Shown here: in pieces, positions 53,269-61,862 of the stretch
Position numbering within the stretch: position 1 is the first letter of the stretch
Layout of the letters: each line of letters opens with the position of its first letter
Program-made: the position numbers and the translations under genes
NCBI GenBank assembly: GCA_964423025.1
Contig: CAYRDH010000001.1
Coordinates: 2,500 to 66,499 of the forward strand
Direction: 5' to 3'
Length of the DNA: 64,000 bases
From: an uncultured Candidatus Saccharibacteria bacterium
GTDB taxonomy: Bacteria > Patescibacteriota > Dojkabacteria > SC72
The notes under the pieces: model-generated
What the model saw: the letters and a program-made list of their open reading frames with translations, nothing else
Databases searched by the model: none
Told to the model about the DNA's origin: nothing

Positions 53269-53406
53269 TTACTCCTCTGACCCTTCGAAAGCATCTGTAT
53301 CTTCATCATCCTCATCAGAGGTGCTTCCACTTGGTAGTATCACCCCAATGAGGAGTAAGATGACCACTAGGGCAACAAGAGTTCCTAAAATTACAAGTAT
53401 TCCCAT
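53269..53406 (-). CDS. Candidate 45-aa bitopic peptide: TM helix plus an acidic tail (not in the ORF track)
   Basis: ATG at 53406, TAA at 53271-53269. Translation: MGILVILGTLVALVVILLLIGVILPSGSTSDEDDEDTDAFEGSEE. It begins 6 nt after the protease stop and ends 19 nt before the def ATG, on the same strand. Confidence 0.4.
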   Translation of the reverse strand: MGILVILGTLVALVVILLLIGVILPSGSTSDEDDEDTDAFEGSEE

Positions 53407-53412
53407 ATTAAT

Positions 53413-55215
53413 CTACCACCAAAAATTAAATATCCCTTTGAAAGGAATAGATGAAGAGATCCCTAGGACCTGTCTTCCTCTTTCTAAAATACTTCTACTT
53501 GGATTTAATCTCATTACTTTGGCTCTGTCTATTATGAGGTCGTCATGAACTTGGGGCTGTGTGCAGTTTGTGAAATGGGAAGTTACTTTTACGAACTGTT
53601 GAACGCCATCGAAATCTTCGTACTCCAATGTGTAAGTGTCCTCGGTTTCTGTGGTTGTGTATACAGGCTTGTTATTAACATATATGACAGTTTTCTCGTA
53701 TTCAGCATTCTCAATTACTGGTTCTAACCTACATTCTATTTCAACGTCTTCGATCGCAGTCATCGTATACCTATCGTTTTTATCTTTCTCCGGTTTTGTT
53801 ATGACAGGCTTCTGTTTTACGGAAGTTGGTTCCTTCCTCTCAATGTTTCCTCTTCCTGCTGTTGGAGCAGTTTCTTCATCTGGTGTCTCTTCTGTTACTT
53901 CGTCTGTCTCGTCTGGAAGTTGTTCTTCCTCTGGGATATTAAGATATTCCTCGGCGGCAGCTCTAAGATCTACAAGACCATAACCGAAGATTATGTCTGT
54001 ACCTTCAGCACCAAGGTCTACTGCGGTATCTCTTAGTGTTCCAATGAGCTCAGATGATGTGCAGTCTGTACAAATTCCTCTAAGCAAGGCAAGACTTCCT
54101 GCGACATGTGGTGCTGCCATACTTGTTCCACTTAGGTATCTGTAGGTTCCTCCTAAGAAGGTAGAATAGTTAGAAACCCCGGGGGCAGCTAATTCCCCTC
54201 CTACATTACTGAAGCTTGCTAGCCTGTTTGAACTGTCTGTAGCAACTACACAAATAACATTGCCATAGGCTGCGGGATACTGGCACGGTGCACCGTATTC
54301 GTTACCAGCAGCTGCAACCAGAAGCACTCCCTTACTAGAAGCATAATTTACGGCTCTTCTTAGGACATCTGTATCTACAGGGGCACCTAGACTTAGATTA
54401 ATTATCTGGGCACCATTGTCTGTAGCCCAGTAAATACCTTTGGCCACGTCGGATATATATCCAGAGCCAGCTGAATTTAATACTTTAACTGGCATAACCG
54501 AAGTCCCATGACTCACTCCAACAACACCGGTATTGTTTCGTGCCGCCATTACTATCCCTGCTACATGTGTTCCATGGCCATTGTCGTCCTCTGGGCTTTC
54601 CTTGTCATTAACAAAGTCATAGCCTTTTGTAACTTTTCCTTGTAAGTCAGGGTGAGTCATTTCAATCCCGGTATCTATAACGGCTACTGTAACGCCTATC
54701 CCTGTTGCTGTGTCCCATATCTTATCTGCTCCAATTCTGGAGACTCCCCAGTCAATAACATCTGCGGCCATTTTAACAGGGATATCTGTTTCCACACTTT
54801 CTACAGTGGCATCTTCCTCTAGTTTACTAACATCACTCTCTCCGGTAATTACTACTGTATAAACACCATTAATACTACCTTCTTGTGTGAACTCTACTAA
54901 ATATGCTTCTTCTATTCTTGTTTTCTCTGTCTCGGACAAATCATTCTTAAAACTTACGACTTTCCTATTTTCATCCTCTTTTATTTCTCCTTGTTTTACG
55001 GGATTTATTTCCGGCCCTTCTGGGATTTGTTCGGGAACAATTTCTGTCGCAAGATCTTGGCTCTGTTGTGCGATGTATTCAGAGGTAAAAGAAAGTTCCT
55101 CTGTATTATCTACAGGATCTTTGGCAAAAAGCATTATGAAGAAGAGGGAAATAAGAACGACTCCGAAGGAAAGGATTGCGATACCAAGTAACTTATATCC
55201 TTGATTATTCTTCAT
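53413..55215 (-). CDS. Membrane-anchored subtilisin-like serine protease (S8) with an I9-like propeptide and a ~170-aa C-terminal extension
   Basis: N-terminal TM helix LLGIAILSFGVVLISLFFIML. Catalytic triad motifs VAVIDTGI, HGTHVAGI and SGTSMAAPHVAG. An acidic linker (EEEQLPDETDEVTEETPDEE) precedes an unassigned beta-rich C-terminal domain. Confidence 0.92.
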   Translation of the reverse strand: MKNNQGYKLLGIAILSFGVVLISLFFIMLFAKDPVDNTEELSFTSEYIAQQSQDLATEIVPEQIPEGPEINPVKQGEIKEDENRKVVSFKNDLSETEKTRIEEAYLVEFTQEGSINGVYTVVITGESDVSKLEEDATVESVETDIPVKMAADVIDWGVSRIGADKIWDTATGIGVTVAVIDTGIEMTHPDLQGKVTKGYDFVNDKESPEDDNGHGTHVAGIVMAARNNTGVVGVSHGTSVMPVKVLNSAGSGYISDVAKGIYWATDNGAQIINLSLGAPVDTDVLRRAVNYASSKGVLLVAAAGNEYGAPCQYPAAYGNVICVVATDSSNRLASFSNVGGELAAPGVSNYSTFLGGTYRYLSGTSMAAPHVAGSLALLRGICTDCTSSELIGTLRDTAVDLGAEGTDIIFGYGLVDLRAAAEEYLNIPEEEQLPDETDEVTEETPDEETAPTAGRGNIERKEPTSVKQKPVITKPEKDKNDRYTMTAIEDVEIECRLEPVIENAEYEKTVIYVNNKPVYTTTETEDTYTLEYEDFDGVQQFVKVTSHFTNCTQPQVHDDLIIDRAKVMRLNPSRSILERGRQVLGISSSIPFKGIFNFWW

Positions 55216-55373
55216 AAAGATAGGGGCATTAAATTTACATATTCAAAATATTGTAGCACATAGAAAGGTTGTTGTCATAGGAGCATAGAGCATTTACATT
55301 AAGACTCTTGCTTGTTCTTGTATTATGTTCAGAACCTATATACAATGGATTGTTAAGATAACCGCTACTATCT

Positions 55374-56717
55374 ATGCAGTACGATGTGGTAATCGTTGGT
55401 GCAGGTCCTGCAGGTTTATTTGCTTGTTATTCTCTTCTCCAAAAAAAATCCAAACTTAAAATTGCTCTTGTTGACAGGGGTAAAATTATTGGTAAAAGAA
55501 AACCTCAAGAAGTAATGTGTGGTATAGGTGGGGCTGGTACTTTCTCGGATGGGAAGCTAACACTTACCGCTACTCTATCCCACGAGAAGGCATTCCATAT
55601 CCTGCCAAAGGGTAAATATCAGAAGGTCTTAGATTATGTAGATAAAATTCTTACCGAATTTGGGGTCGATTCTGAATATTATCCCAAGGAGAACAAGAAT
55701 CTACAGAAGCTTGTATTTGAAGCACAGAAGAATGATGTCGAATTAGTAGTAAGAAAGGCAAGGCATGTAGGTACTGACAAGTTAAAGAAAGTAATTTTAA
55801 ATTTCCAGGAGTATTTCTTAGAGAAGGGAGTAGATATCTATGATGAATGTGAGGTAGAAGATTTACTACTAAAGGAGGGGAAACTAAAAGGGGTTAAGTT
55901 AAAGGGAAATAAGAATAAGGGCAAGATAGAGGGTAGAAATGTATTGTTAGCTCCTGGAAGATATAATGCTCGATGGCTACAGGGGATATGTGATAAATAC
56001 GATATTAAGTATATGTATGACAAGGTAGAGGTTGGGGTGAGAGTAGAATTCCCAGCTGCTATTATGAAGGTTCATGCTGAAACTTTCTATGAAATTGTTT
56101 ATAGAGTTAGAACTAGAACATATCACGATATTGTTAGGACCTTCTGTAGTTGTCCTAACGGTTTAGTTGCTACAGAACATTATGAGAATTACGTATGCGT
56201 AAATGGTCATTCTAATTCTAATCATCATTCAGATAATTCTAACTTTGCATTTGTATGTGAGGTTAATCTTACGAAACCTGTTGAAAACACAATAGCATAC
56301 GCTAAATCAATAGCAGAGGTTGCTTCTACAATTGGAGGAGGGAAGCCAATACTTCAAACCCTAGAAGATTTAAAATCTGGGAGAAGGAGTACACCCTCCA
56401 GGCTAACAAAATCTTTTGTAGAACCTACTTTGAAAGATTACACAGCTGGAGATATCTCTATGGCCTTACCATACAGGGTGGTTACCAATGTTGTTGAGGG
56501 ATTAGAGATTCTAGATAAGGTTATGCCAGGGGTTAATTCTGGTTCTACCCTACTCTATGCTCCTGAGGTTAAGTTCAGATCCTCAAAGGTTAAAACAAAT
56601 AAGAAATTAGAAACTTCGCTGAAGGGTTTGTATGTGGCAGGTGATGGTGCGGGTCTATCTGGCTCTATAACGGGTGCCGCTGTTACAGGAGTTATTGCAG
56701 GAAGGGCGATTTCTTAA
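55374..56717 (+). CDS. FAD-dependent oxidoreductase (COG2509-like uncharacterised dehydrogenase)
   Basis: N-terminal dinucleotide fold YDVVIVGAGPAGLFA. GIGGAGTFSDGKL and the C-terminal GLYVAGDGAGLSGSITGAAVTG are typical of this family. Confidence 0.8.
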   Translation: MQYDVVIVGAGPAGLFACYSLLQKKSKLKIALVDRGKIIGKRKPQEVMCGIGGAGTFSDGKLTLTATLSHEKAFHILPKGKYQKVLDYVDKILTEFGVDSEYYPKENKNLQKLVFEAQKNDVELVVRKARHVGTDKLKKVILNFQEYFLEKGVDIYDECEVEDLLLKEGKLKGVKLKGNKNKGKIEGRNVLLAPGRYNARWLQGICDKYDIKYMYDKVEVGVRVEFPAAIMKVHAETFYEIVYRVRTRTYHDIVRTFCSCPNGLVATEHYENYVCVNGHSNSNHHSDNSNFAFVCEVNLTKPVENTIAYAKSIAEVASTIGGGKPILQTLEDLKSGRRSTPSRLTKSFVEPTLKDYTAGDISMALPYRVVTNVVEGLEILDKVMPGVNSGSTLLYAPEVKFRSSKVKTNKKLETSLKGLYVAGDGAGLSGSITGAAVTGVIAGRAIS

Positions 56718-56754
56718 TCTTCTTATGAGACTTGTTTCTTTCCTCTTATCTATG

Positions 56755-56763
56755 TGTTATAAT
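56755..56763 (+). promoter_or_regulatory. Extended -10 promoter element upstream of the RRM gene
   Basis: TGtTATAAT at 56755-56763, which implies a 5' leader of about 90 nt before the ATG at 56861. No good -35 element was seen. Confidence 0.35.
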
Positions 56764-56860
56764 GATCTTAGCTATGGAAGCTTTCTTCGTGAGTAGACTG
56801 CTTAGAGTGTAATCTCCCAAATAAATGGTGTAGCGGATTTAATTTTTATTTTTATAAATA

Positions 56861-57139
56861 ATGGGTAAAAAATTATTTGTAGGAAATCTTAGCTGGGACG
56901 TCAGAGACGAACAGCTTAAAGAGGTTTTCGGTGAGGTTGGCACTGTCGAAGAGGCAGTAGTCATTATCGATAGGATGAAGAACAGATCCAAAGGTTTTGG
57001 GTTCGTTACGATGTCCACTGAAGAAGAGGCTCAGACAGCATTGGAAGAGCTAAACGGAAAGGAAGTCGACGGAAGACCTATTAATGTATCTGAAGCTCGA
57101 GAGCAATCTGGAGAAAGAAGATCATTTGGAGATAGATAA
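56861..57139 (+). CDS. RRM (RNP-1/RNP-2) RNA-binding protein
   Basis: RNP-2 KLFVGNL and RNP-1 KGFGFVTM at canonical spacing. 92 aa with a short Arg/Gly/Glu tail. Confidence 0.92.
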   Translation: MGKKLFVGNLSWDVRDEQLKEVFGEVGTVEEAVVIIDRMKNRSKGFGFVTMSTEEEAQTALEELNGKEVDGRPINVSEAREQSGERRSFGDR

Positions 57140-57185
57140 CAAAAATAGGTTTTGGTTTTAAATCAAAACACACATTGTTAACTGA

Positions 57186-57214
57186 GGGGGAGCTAAGCTC
57201 CCCCTTCCTTTTTA
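57186..57214 (+). terminator. Rho-independent terminator after the RRM gene (lies between convergent genes)
   Basis: GGGGGAGC-TAA-GCTCCCCC (57186-57204) followed by TTCCTTTTTAT. Confidence 0.75.
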
Positions 57215-57275
57215 TCTAAGTAACAAACTTCTAAATCCTCTAGGGATTCTATGAAAGTAAAAATATTTATGAAAT

Positions 57276-59171
57276 TTAATCTTCTAAATGTGTTTTAGCG
57301 TACTCTGTTAGATTCTTTCTTTTCGCCCAGACTCTTTGTGTACTTGTTAACAACTTCTTTCTTAGTCTAATGTTTTTAGGTGTCACTTCTATAAGTTCAT
57401 CACTTTTTATAAAAGATAGTGCAAATTCTGTAGTCAAAAGCATTGGAGATTTAAGAGATATTTCTGTAACCTCTGCATGTGACATTCTTACATTAGTTTT
57501 CTTTCTAGATTTACATGGATTTACCTCTAAGTCATTTTCATGATTATTTATACCAATAATCATTCCTTCGTAAACTTCTGTACTACCAGTTATAAACAAC
57601 TTCCCTCTTTCTTGGATACTCATCAAAGAGTAATCTAAAGCGGTACCTCTCTCAGAAGAGATAATTACACCTTTACGGAATAGAGGTGGTTCTTTTCTAT
57701 ATGGTATGTAGTCAACAATATAGCTGTTAATGACAGCAGTTCCTTTAGTAGAGTTCATGAGAACTCTGTGTAAACCTATTAATTTCTTTGTTGGGATTTT
57801 AAAAACAAATCTGTTTATTCCCTCTTCTTGTTCTATGTTTAACAATGTTCCACCTCTATCACTAACCTCTTGGTTTATAATGCTGAAATATTCCTCTGGA
57901 GCATCAATATTTAATTCCTCTACAGGTTCATGCTTAACTCCACCAATTTCTTTTAGAATGACTTCTGGCTTTCCTAATTCAAATTCATAGCCTTCCCTTC
58001 TTAATTGTTCTACAAGGATAGAAAGTTGTAACTCTCCTCTTCCAGAAACGTTATAACTATTCCCTCCACTTCTTTCTATTTTAAGCCCAATATTTAAATT
58101 CTTTTCTTGCTCTAATCTCTGTTGTAGCTGTTTAGCTGTAACAAAGGTCCCTTCTTTCCCTACAAATGGAGAGGAATTAGCAGAAAATTTAACCTTAACT
58201 GAAGGGGGAGTTATTTTTATCTCGTCTAATGGTTTAGGATCGTTGATGCTGCAAAGAGTTGCCCCTATATCTGTAGAATCTGTTCCAGTAATTGCAACAA
58301 TCTCCCCTGCACTAGCACTTTCCACTTTCTCCCAACTAAGTCCCTCTTTGATGAAAATCTCTTTTACTCTACCCTGTTTCTTTTCAAAATCTTCTTTCTT
58401 GGAAGTTAATAATATTGGGTCATTGATCTTAACTTCTCCGTTCTCAATCTTTCCAATTAGGTATCTTCCTAGATGTTCATTATATTCAATAGAAGTTATT
58501 TGCATCTGAAATGGAGCACTAGGATCTCCCTTTGGTGCTGGTAGAGTTTCTACAATTCCATCTAGTATTGGAGTTAGATCTCCTTCAATACTGTTTGCAA
58601 CTAATAGATCTCCCTCTGGAATCTCTTTCCAGACTTTTCCTTCTCTTGCTATTGCATAGTATATTGGAAAATCTAGTTGTTCCTCTTCTGTTGCTAGGTT
58701 AAGGAATAGGTCCTGAGTCTTTGATATTGTCTTTTCTATGTTAGCCAACTTCTTGTCTATCTTGTTTATAACAACGATAGGTTTTAATCCAAGTTCTAGT
58801 GCTCTCTTGAGCACAAATTTAGTCTGTGGCATACACCCCTCTTTGGCATCTACTAGAAGAAGGCAACTATCTGCCATGTTAAGGGTTCTTTCAACCTCTC
58901 CTCCGAAGTCGGCATGTCCAGGGGTATCAATGATATTAATTTTTACTCCCTTGTATCTTACTGAGATATTCTTGGCATTGATTGTAATGCCCTTTTCCTT
59001 TTCAAGCTCTCCCACGTCTAAAATCCTTTCTTGGGTCATCTCTTCTTCATTTTCTCTAAAGAGATGTGTTTGCTTCATAAAGGCATCCACCAATGTTGTT
59101 TTTCCGTGGTCTACGTGCGCTATTATTGCGACATTTCTTATGTCTTTTTTGTCTGTATTTGTTTTATTCAT
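57276..59171 (-). CDS. typA: Translational GTPase TypA/BipA
   Basis: IRNVAIIAHVDHGKTTLVD, DTPGHADFGGEVER and NKIDK, with an EF-G-like domain order and a BipA-specific C-terminal domain. Confidence 0.95.
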   Translation of the reverse strand: MNKTNTDKKDIRNVAIIAHVDHGKTTLVDAFMKQTHLFRENEEEMTQERILDVGELEKEKGITINAKNISVRYKGVKINIIDTPGHADFGGEVERTLNMADSCLLLVDAKEGCMPQTKFVLKRALELGLKPIVVINKIDKKLANIEKTISKTQDLFLNLATEEEQLDFPIYYAIAREGKVWKEIPEGDLLVANSIEGDLTPILDGIVETLPAPKGDPSAPFQMQITSIEYNEHLGRYLIGKIENGEVKINDPILLTSKKEDFEKKQGRVKEIFIKEGLSWEKVESASAGEIVAITGTDSTDIGATLCSINDPKPLDEIKITPPSVKVKFSANSSPFVGKEGTFVTAKQLQQRLEQEKNLNIGLKIERSGGNSYNVSGRGELQLSILVEQLRREGYEFELGKPEVILKEIGGVKHEPVEELNIDAPEEYFSIINQEVSDRGGTLLNIEQEEGINRFVFKIPTKKLIGLHRVLMNSTKGTAVINSYIVDYIPYRKEPPLFRKGVIISSERGTALDYSLMSIQERGKLFITGSTEVYEGMIIGINNHENDLEVNPCKSRKKTNVRMSHAEVTEISLKSPMLLTTEFALSFIKSDELIEVTPKNIRLRKKLLTSTQRVWAKRKNLTEYAKTHLED

Positions 59172-59258
59172 TGCAAAGGGATAATTCTAGCACAAAGAGT
59201 GCTTTTAATACAGCATAGAAATATTTTAATATGTAATGTTTTTTAGACTTAAATTGGT

Positions 59259-59978
59259 CTAATTTCTTATGCTTACTTCTCCAAGAATTGCACTACCAGT
59301 TATCTTCAGAACCGGTTTGTCTACTGTATTTTCTTTCAATCTTGGTTCCCAAGAGCCAAGGACAGCGGTTCCTTCTGTGACAACCCTGCAATTGTCAGGG
59401 ACAAAGATTGTTATTTCTCCAAGTCCTACAGAAGCATTAAGGTTAGCTCCCTTCTCTGCTATCTTGGCCTCTCTAAGGTCTAATTCATAAGAACCGAATG
59501 TGACATTTAACTCTCCGCCTTTGAATGCTTCAGAAGTTATTTTCTTCTTAATACCACTGAAGGCTGTTGAATCATAAACTTTTTCCTCCTCACTCTTTGA
59601 AGATTTCTCAGTAAAACTGTTTCTCTCTGAGTCTTTAGGGAGGAAGCAGATTCCTGCTCTCCCGTCTTCGTCTCTAAATAGAATTGAGAAACCTAGCCCA
59701 ATAATGATTAATGGCCATAAAACTGCGAAGAAATTCCAATTGTAAAATCTTGTTGTAAGTATAAGTAGTCCTAGGGTTGCGAGAATTGCTCCCCATGTAA
59801 GATTCCCGTCAAGAAGAAGTCTAATTCCTAGCCCAACAATTAAAAGTGGCCAAAAGAGGCTTATTAATTTGGCGAAATCTATACTAAAAGGCCATAAGAA
59901 TCCTAGTCTATCTATAAGGAGTAAGACTCCTGCTATGAGGAGAAATATCCCAATTGTTGATCGTATGTTGTTTTTCAT
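59259..59978 (-). CDS. LiaF-like membrane protein (N-terminal multi-TM domain plus C-terminal DUF2154/LiaF-type beta domain)
   Basis: The N-terminal TM region has FWPLLIVGLGIRLLL. The C-terminus reads GGELNVTFGSYELDLREAKIAEKGANLNASVGLGEITIFVPDNCRVVTEGTAVLGSWE. Confidence 0.6.
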   Translation of the reverse strand: MKNNIRSTIGIFLLIAGVLLLIDRLGFLWPFSIDFAKLISLFWPLLIVGLGIRLLLDGNLTWGAILATLGLLILTTRFYNWNFFAVLWPLIIIGLGFSILFRDEDGRAGICFLPKDSERNSFTEKSSKSEEEKVYDSTAFSGIKKKITSEAFKGGELNVTFGSYELDLREAKIAEKGANLNASVGLGEITIFVPDNCRVVTEGTAVLGSWEPRLKENTVDKPVLKITGSAILGEVSIRN

Positions 59979-59989
59979 CTTTTGGTTTT

Positions 59990-60988
59990 TTAAATGTTAT
60001 TTATCTGTAAAGAACCAACTCCGACATTTGCATCTATCTCTATTTTGATTTCAGCATCTTCGTAATTGGGTGAAAGGTAGGAAGGATTGTCTCCTATGAA
60101 TTCGTCTATTGCTTTTCCATTAAGAGTTATCTCCCCTATCCCTAAGTCATAATCCATCTTAAAACCTACATTCTCTGGAATGTTGAGTATCATCTCTCCC
60201 GCACCAATATCTAGGGTTATTGATTCCGGAACGCTTTGCGCCTCAAGTGTTATCTCCATCTTCCCAGCACCTATTTTGGAAGAAATTTCGTTAAGAAGTA
60301 ACTCATTGAGAGTAATAGTTCCCTCTCCTGCTCCCAAGTCGGTAATTAAAGAGGTTGGAAGGTCTGTTTGTCCTGTTAGCAAATCAAATGTTGTAGGTTC
60401 TATTCTAGAGCCAATGAAAAACCCTGAATAACCAGTGGTCTTGAAAGATAGTTCAAGGGCATTATCCTTGATCTCTTTTGTTAAGGAAGGCTCTATAGCA
60501 TTCTCTGTGTACTTAGATTCTACTTCGAGATAGCTTTCAGAGGTTGAATCATCTGTTAGTGTAAATCTGGAAGCACCTATCTTAAGATCTATATTTCTTG
60601 TTTCGATACTTGTTGATTCCTCAAAGTCCTCAGGACTTACAATCTCTGTTTCTTCAATTTGTTCGCCTCCAGGAAAGATTATCATTCTACTCTCATTGCA
60701 AAACATCTTTGAAAGTATTGGGCAATCTCTGTTGGTGTAGGACATATAGGAAAACAATCCTATACCAGTGAAAAGGATTGCTGCAATAACCCCTACAATA
60801 ATCTCAGAGAGCAAGGTTTTCTTAAAAACGAGTCTAATCCCTGCAAATATTAGGAATACCGGCCAGAATCTTACTAGGTAATTCCATATTCCCCACCCTA
60901 CAATCCCTGTTGTATTTAACAGAAAGATTCCTCCTATGAAAATGAGGAATATAGCAAACACGATATCTCTATCATTTTTCTTTTCCAT
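59990..60988 (-). CDS. Membrane protein with a toastrack-type (DUF4097/DUF2154-like) repetitive beta-strand C-terminal domain
   Basis: The N-terminal TM region is paralogous to the downstream gene (FWPVFLIFAGIRLVF). The C-terminus has repeated [DK][IL]G[AIV]G[EK].(x)I[TL]L units: DLGAGEGTITL, KIGAGKMEITL, DIGAGEMILNI, DLGIGEITLNG, NVGVGSLQINN. Confidence 0.6.
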   Translation of the reverse strand: MEKKNDRDIVFAIFLIFIGGIFLLNTTGIVGWGIWNYLVRFWPVFLIFAGIRLVFKKTLLSEIIVGVIAAILFTGIGLFSYMSYTNRDCPILSKMFCNESRMIIFPGGEQIEETEIVSPEDFEESTSIETRNIDLKIGASRFTLTDDSTSESYLEVESKYTENAIEPSLTKEIKDNALELSFKTTGYSGFFIGSRIEPTTFDLLTGQTDLPTSLITDLGAGEGTITLNELLLNEISSKIGAGKMEITLEAQSVPESITLDIGAGEMILNIPENVGFKMDYDLGIGEITLNGKAIDEFIGDNPSYLSPNYEDAEIKIEIDANVGVGSLQINNI

Positions 60989-61007
60989 TTTTTATAAAGT
61001 TATAAAA

Positions 61008-61304
61008 TTATTTAACTTTCTCACTCTTTGTATCTGAAACAACTTTTCTATGTAATCCGGCTGCCTCTTTTTTAACACCATTCTTCTCCTCCTCCTCTCT
61101 CTTCTTCTCTTCGTAAACTATATTCTCTTCAGGAATTGCAATCCAGAGAATTATGTAAAGTAAAAGACCAAAACCTTCAGTTAGGAAGGCTATTAGAAAG
61201 AGTATTCTAATAATGATTGGGTCTATGTTAAGGTGTTGAGCAATACCACCACAGACACCTGCAATTACTCTGTCTGTCTTTGATCTGTATAACCTATTGT
61301 TCAT
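61008..61304 (-). CDS. PspC-domain membrane protein
   Basis: LYRSKTDRVIAGVCGGIAQHLNIDPIIIRILFLIAFL followed by a TM helix and a charged tail. This is the classic PspC N-terminal domain. Confidence 0.88.
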   Translation of the reverse strand: MNNRLYRSKTDRVIAGVCGGIAQHLNIDPIIIRILFLIAFLTEGFGLLLYIILWIAIPEENIVYEEKKREEEEKNGVKKEAAGLHRKVVSDTKSEKVK

Positions 61305-61423
61305 AATTTTGAAATGTTAAAAATAAAAATATTCATATAATACTTAAGTATACAGGGTTTTAGAGAAATCTATCAAGATGGGGTATACTGGATATAGATA
61401 ATTTTTAATATTTTTATATAAAT

Positions 61424-61807
61424 ATGACTCAGTTAAATCAAGTTTATAAATGTGAAGTCTGTGGGAATATTGTTGAAGTAGTTCATAACGGTGCAGGCAC
61501 ATTGGTTTGTTGTAACCAACCAATGGTTTTGCAAGAGGAGCACATAGAGGATCAGGGGTTTGAAAAACATCTTCCTGCACTTTCTTTTGAGGGAGATGAG
61601 TTGAGGGTAACAGTTGGAGAGACATTACACCCTATGGAGGAAGCACATTACATTGAATGGATAGAATTTATTGTTGGAGACAAGGTTGAAAGAGTATACC
61701 TTAAGCCAACGGATACCCCAGAAGCAGTATTTAAATACAATGGCGAACCTAATTATATAGTTCGAACATATTGTAATATTCACGGTCTTTGGGAATTGAG
61801 AATGTAA
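61424..61807 (+). CDS. dfx: Desulfoferrodoxin (2Fe superoxide reductase)
   Basis: N-terminal desulforedoxin motif YKCEVCGNIVEVVHNGAGTLVCCNQPM. The C-terminal SOR domain has FEKHLP, HPMEEAHYIEWIE and YCNIHGLW (the His/Cys iron ligands). Confidence 0.92.
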   Translation: MTQLNQVYKCEVCGNIVEVVHNGAGTLVCCNQPMVLQEEHIEDQGFEKHLPALSFEGDELRVTVGETLHPMEEAHYIEWIEFIVGDKVERVYLKPTDTPEAVFKYNGEPNYIVRTYCNIHGLWELRM

Positions 61808-61822
61808 TCTAGGGTTTCGAAA

Positions 61823-61862
61823 GGGAGCCTATATATGTGATGTGAAATCTATATAGGCTCTC
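61823..61862 (+). terminator. Hairpin downstream of dfx (possible terminator; no clean U-tract)
   Basis: GAGCCTATAT (61825-61834) pairs with ATATAGGCTC (61851-61860) around a 16-nt loop. It is followed by TCCTTGCGAGCAGTTTTGTCTTTT. Confidence 0.35.

Noticed and set aside
52758-53330. Long form of the def ORF (190 aa).
   Set aside because: The additional 27 N-terminal residues have no deformylase counterpart and overlap a better-looking small ORF. The ATG at 53249 gives a conventional Def length.
61344-61625. 93-aa minus-strand ORF overlapping the dfx start, and the 69-aa plus-strand ORF at 61910-62119.
   Set aside because: The first is antisense to the strongly supported desulfoferrodoxin gene. 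The second is a Phe/Leu/Cys-rich translation of the pyrimidine tract and overlaps the mnmA 3' end.
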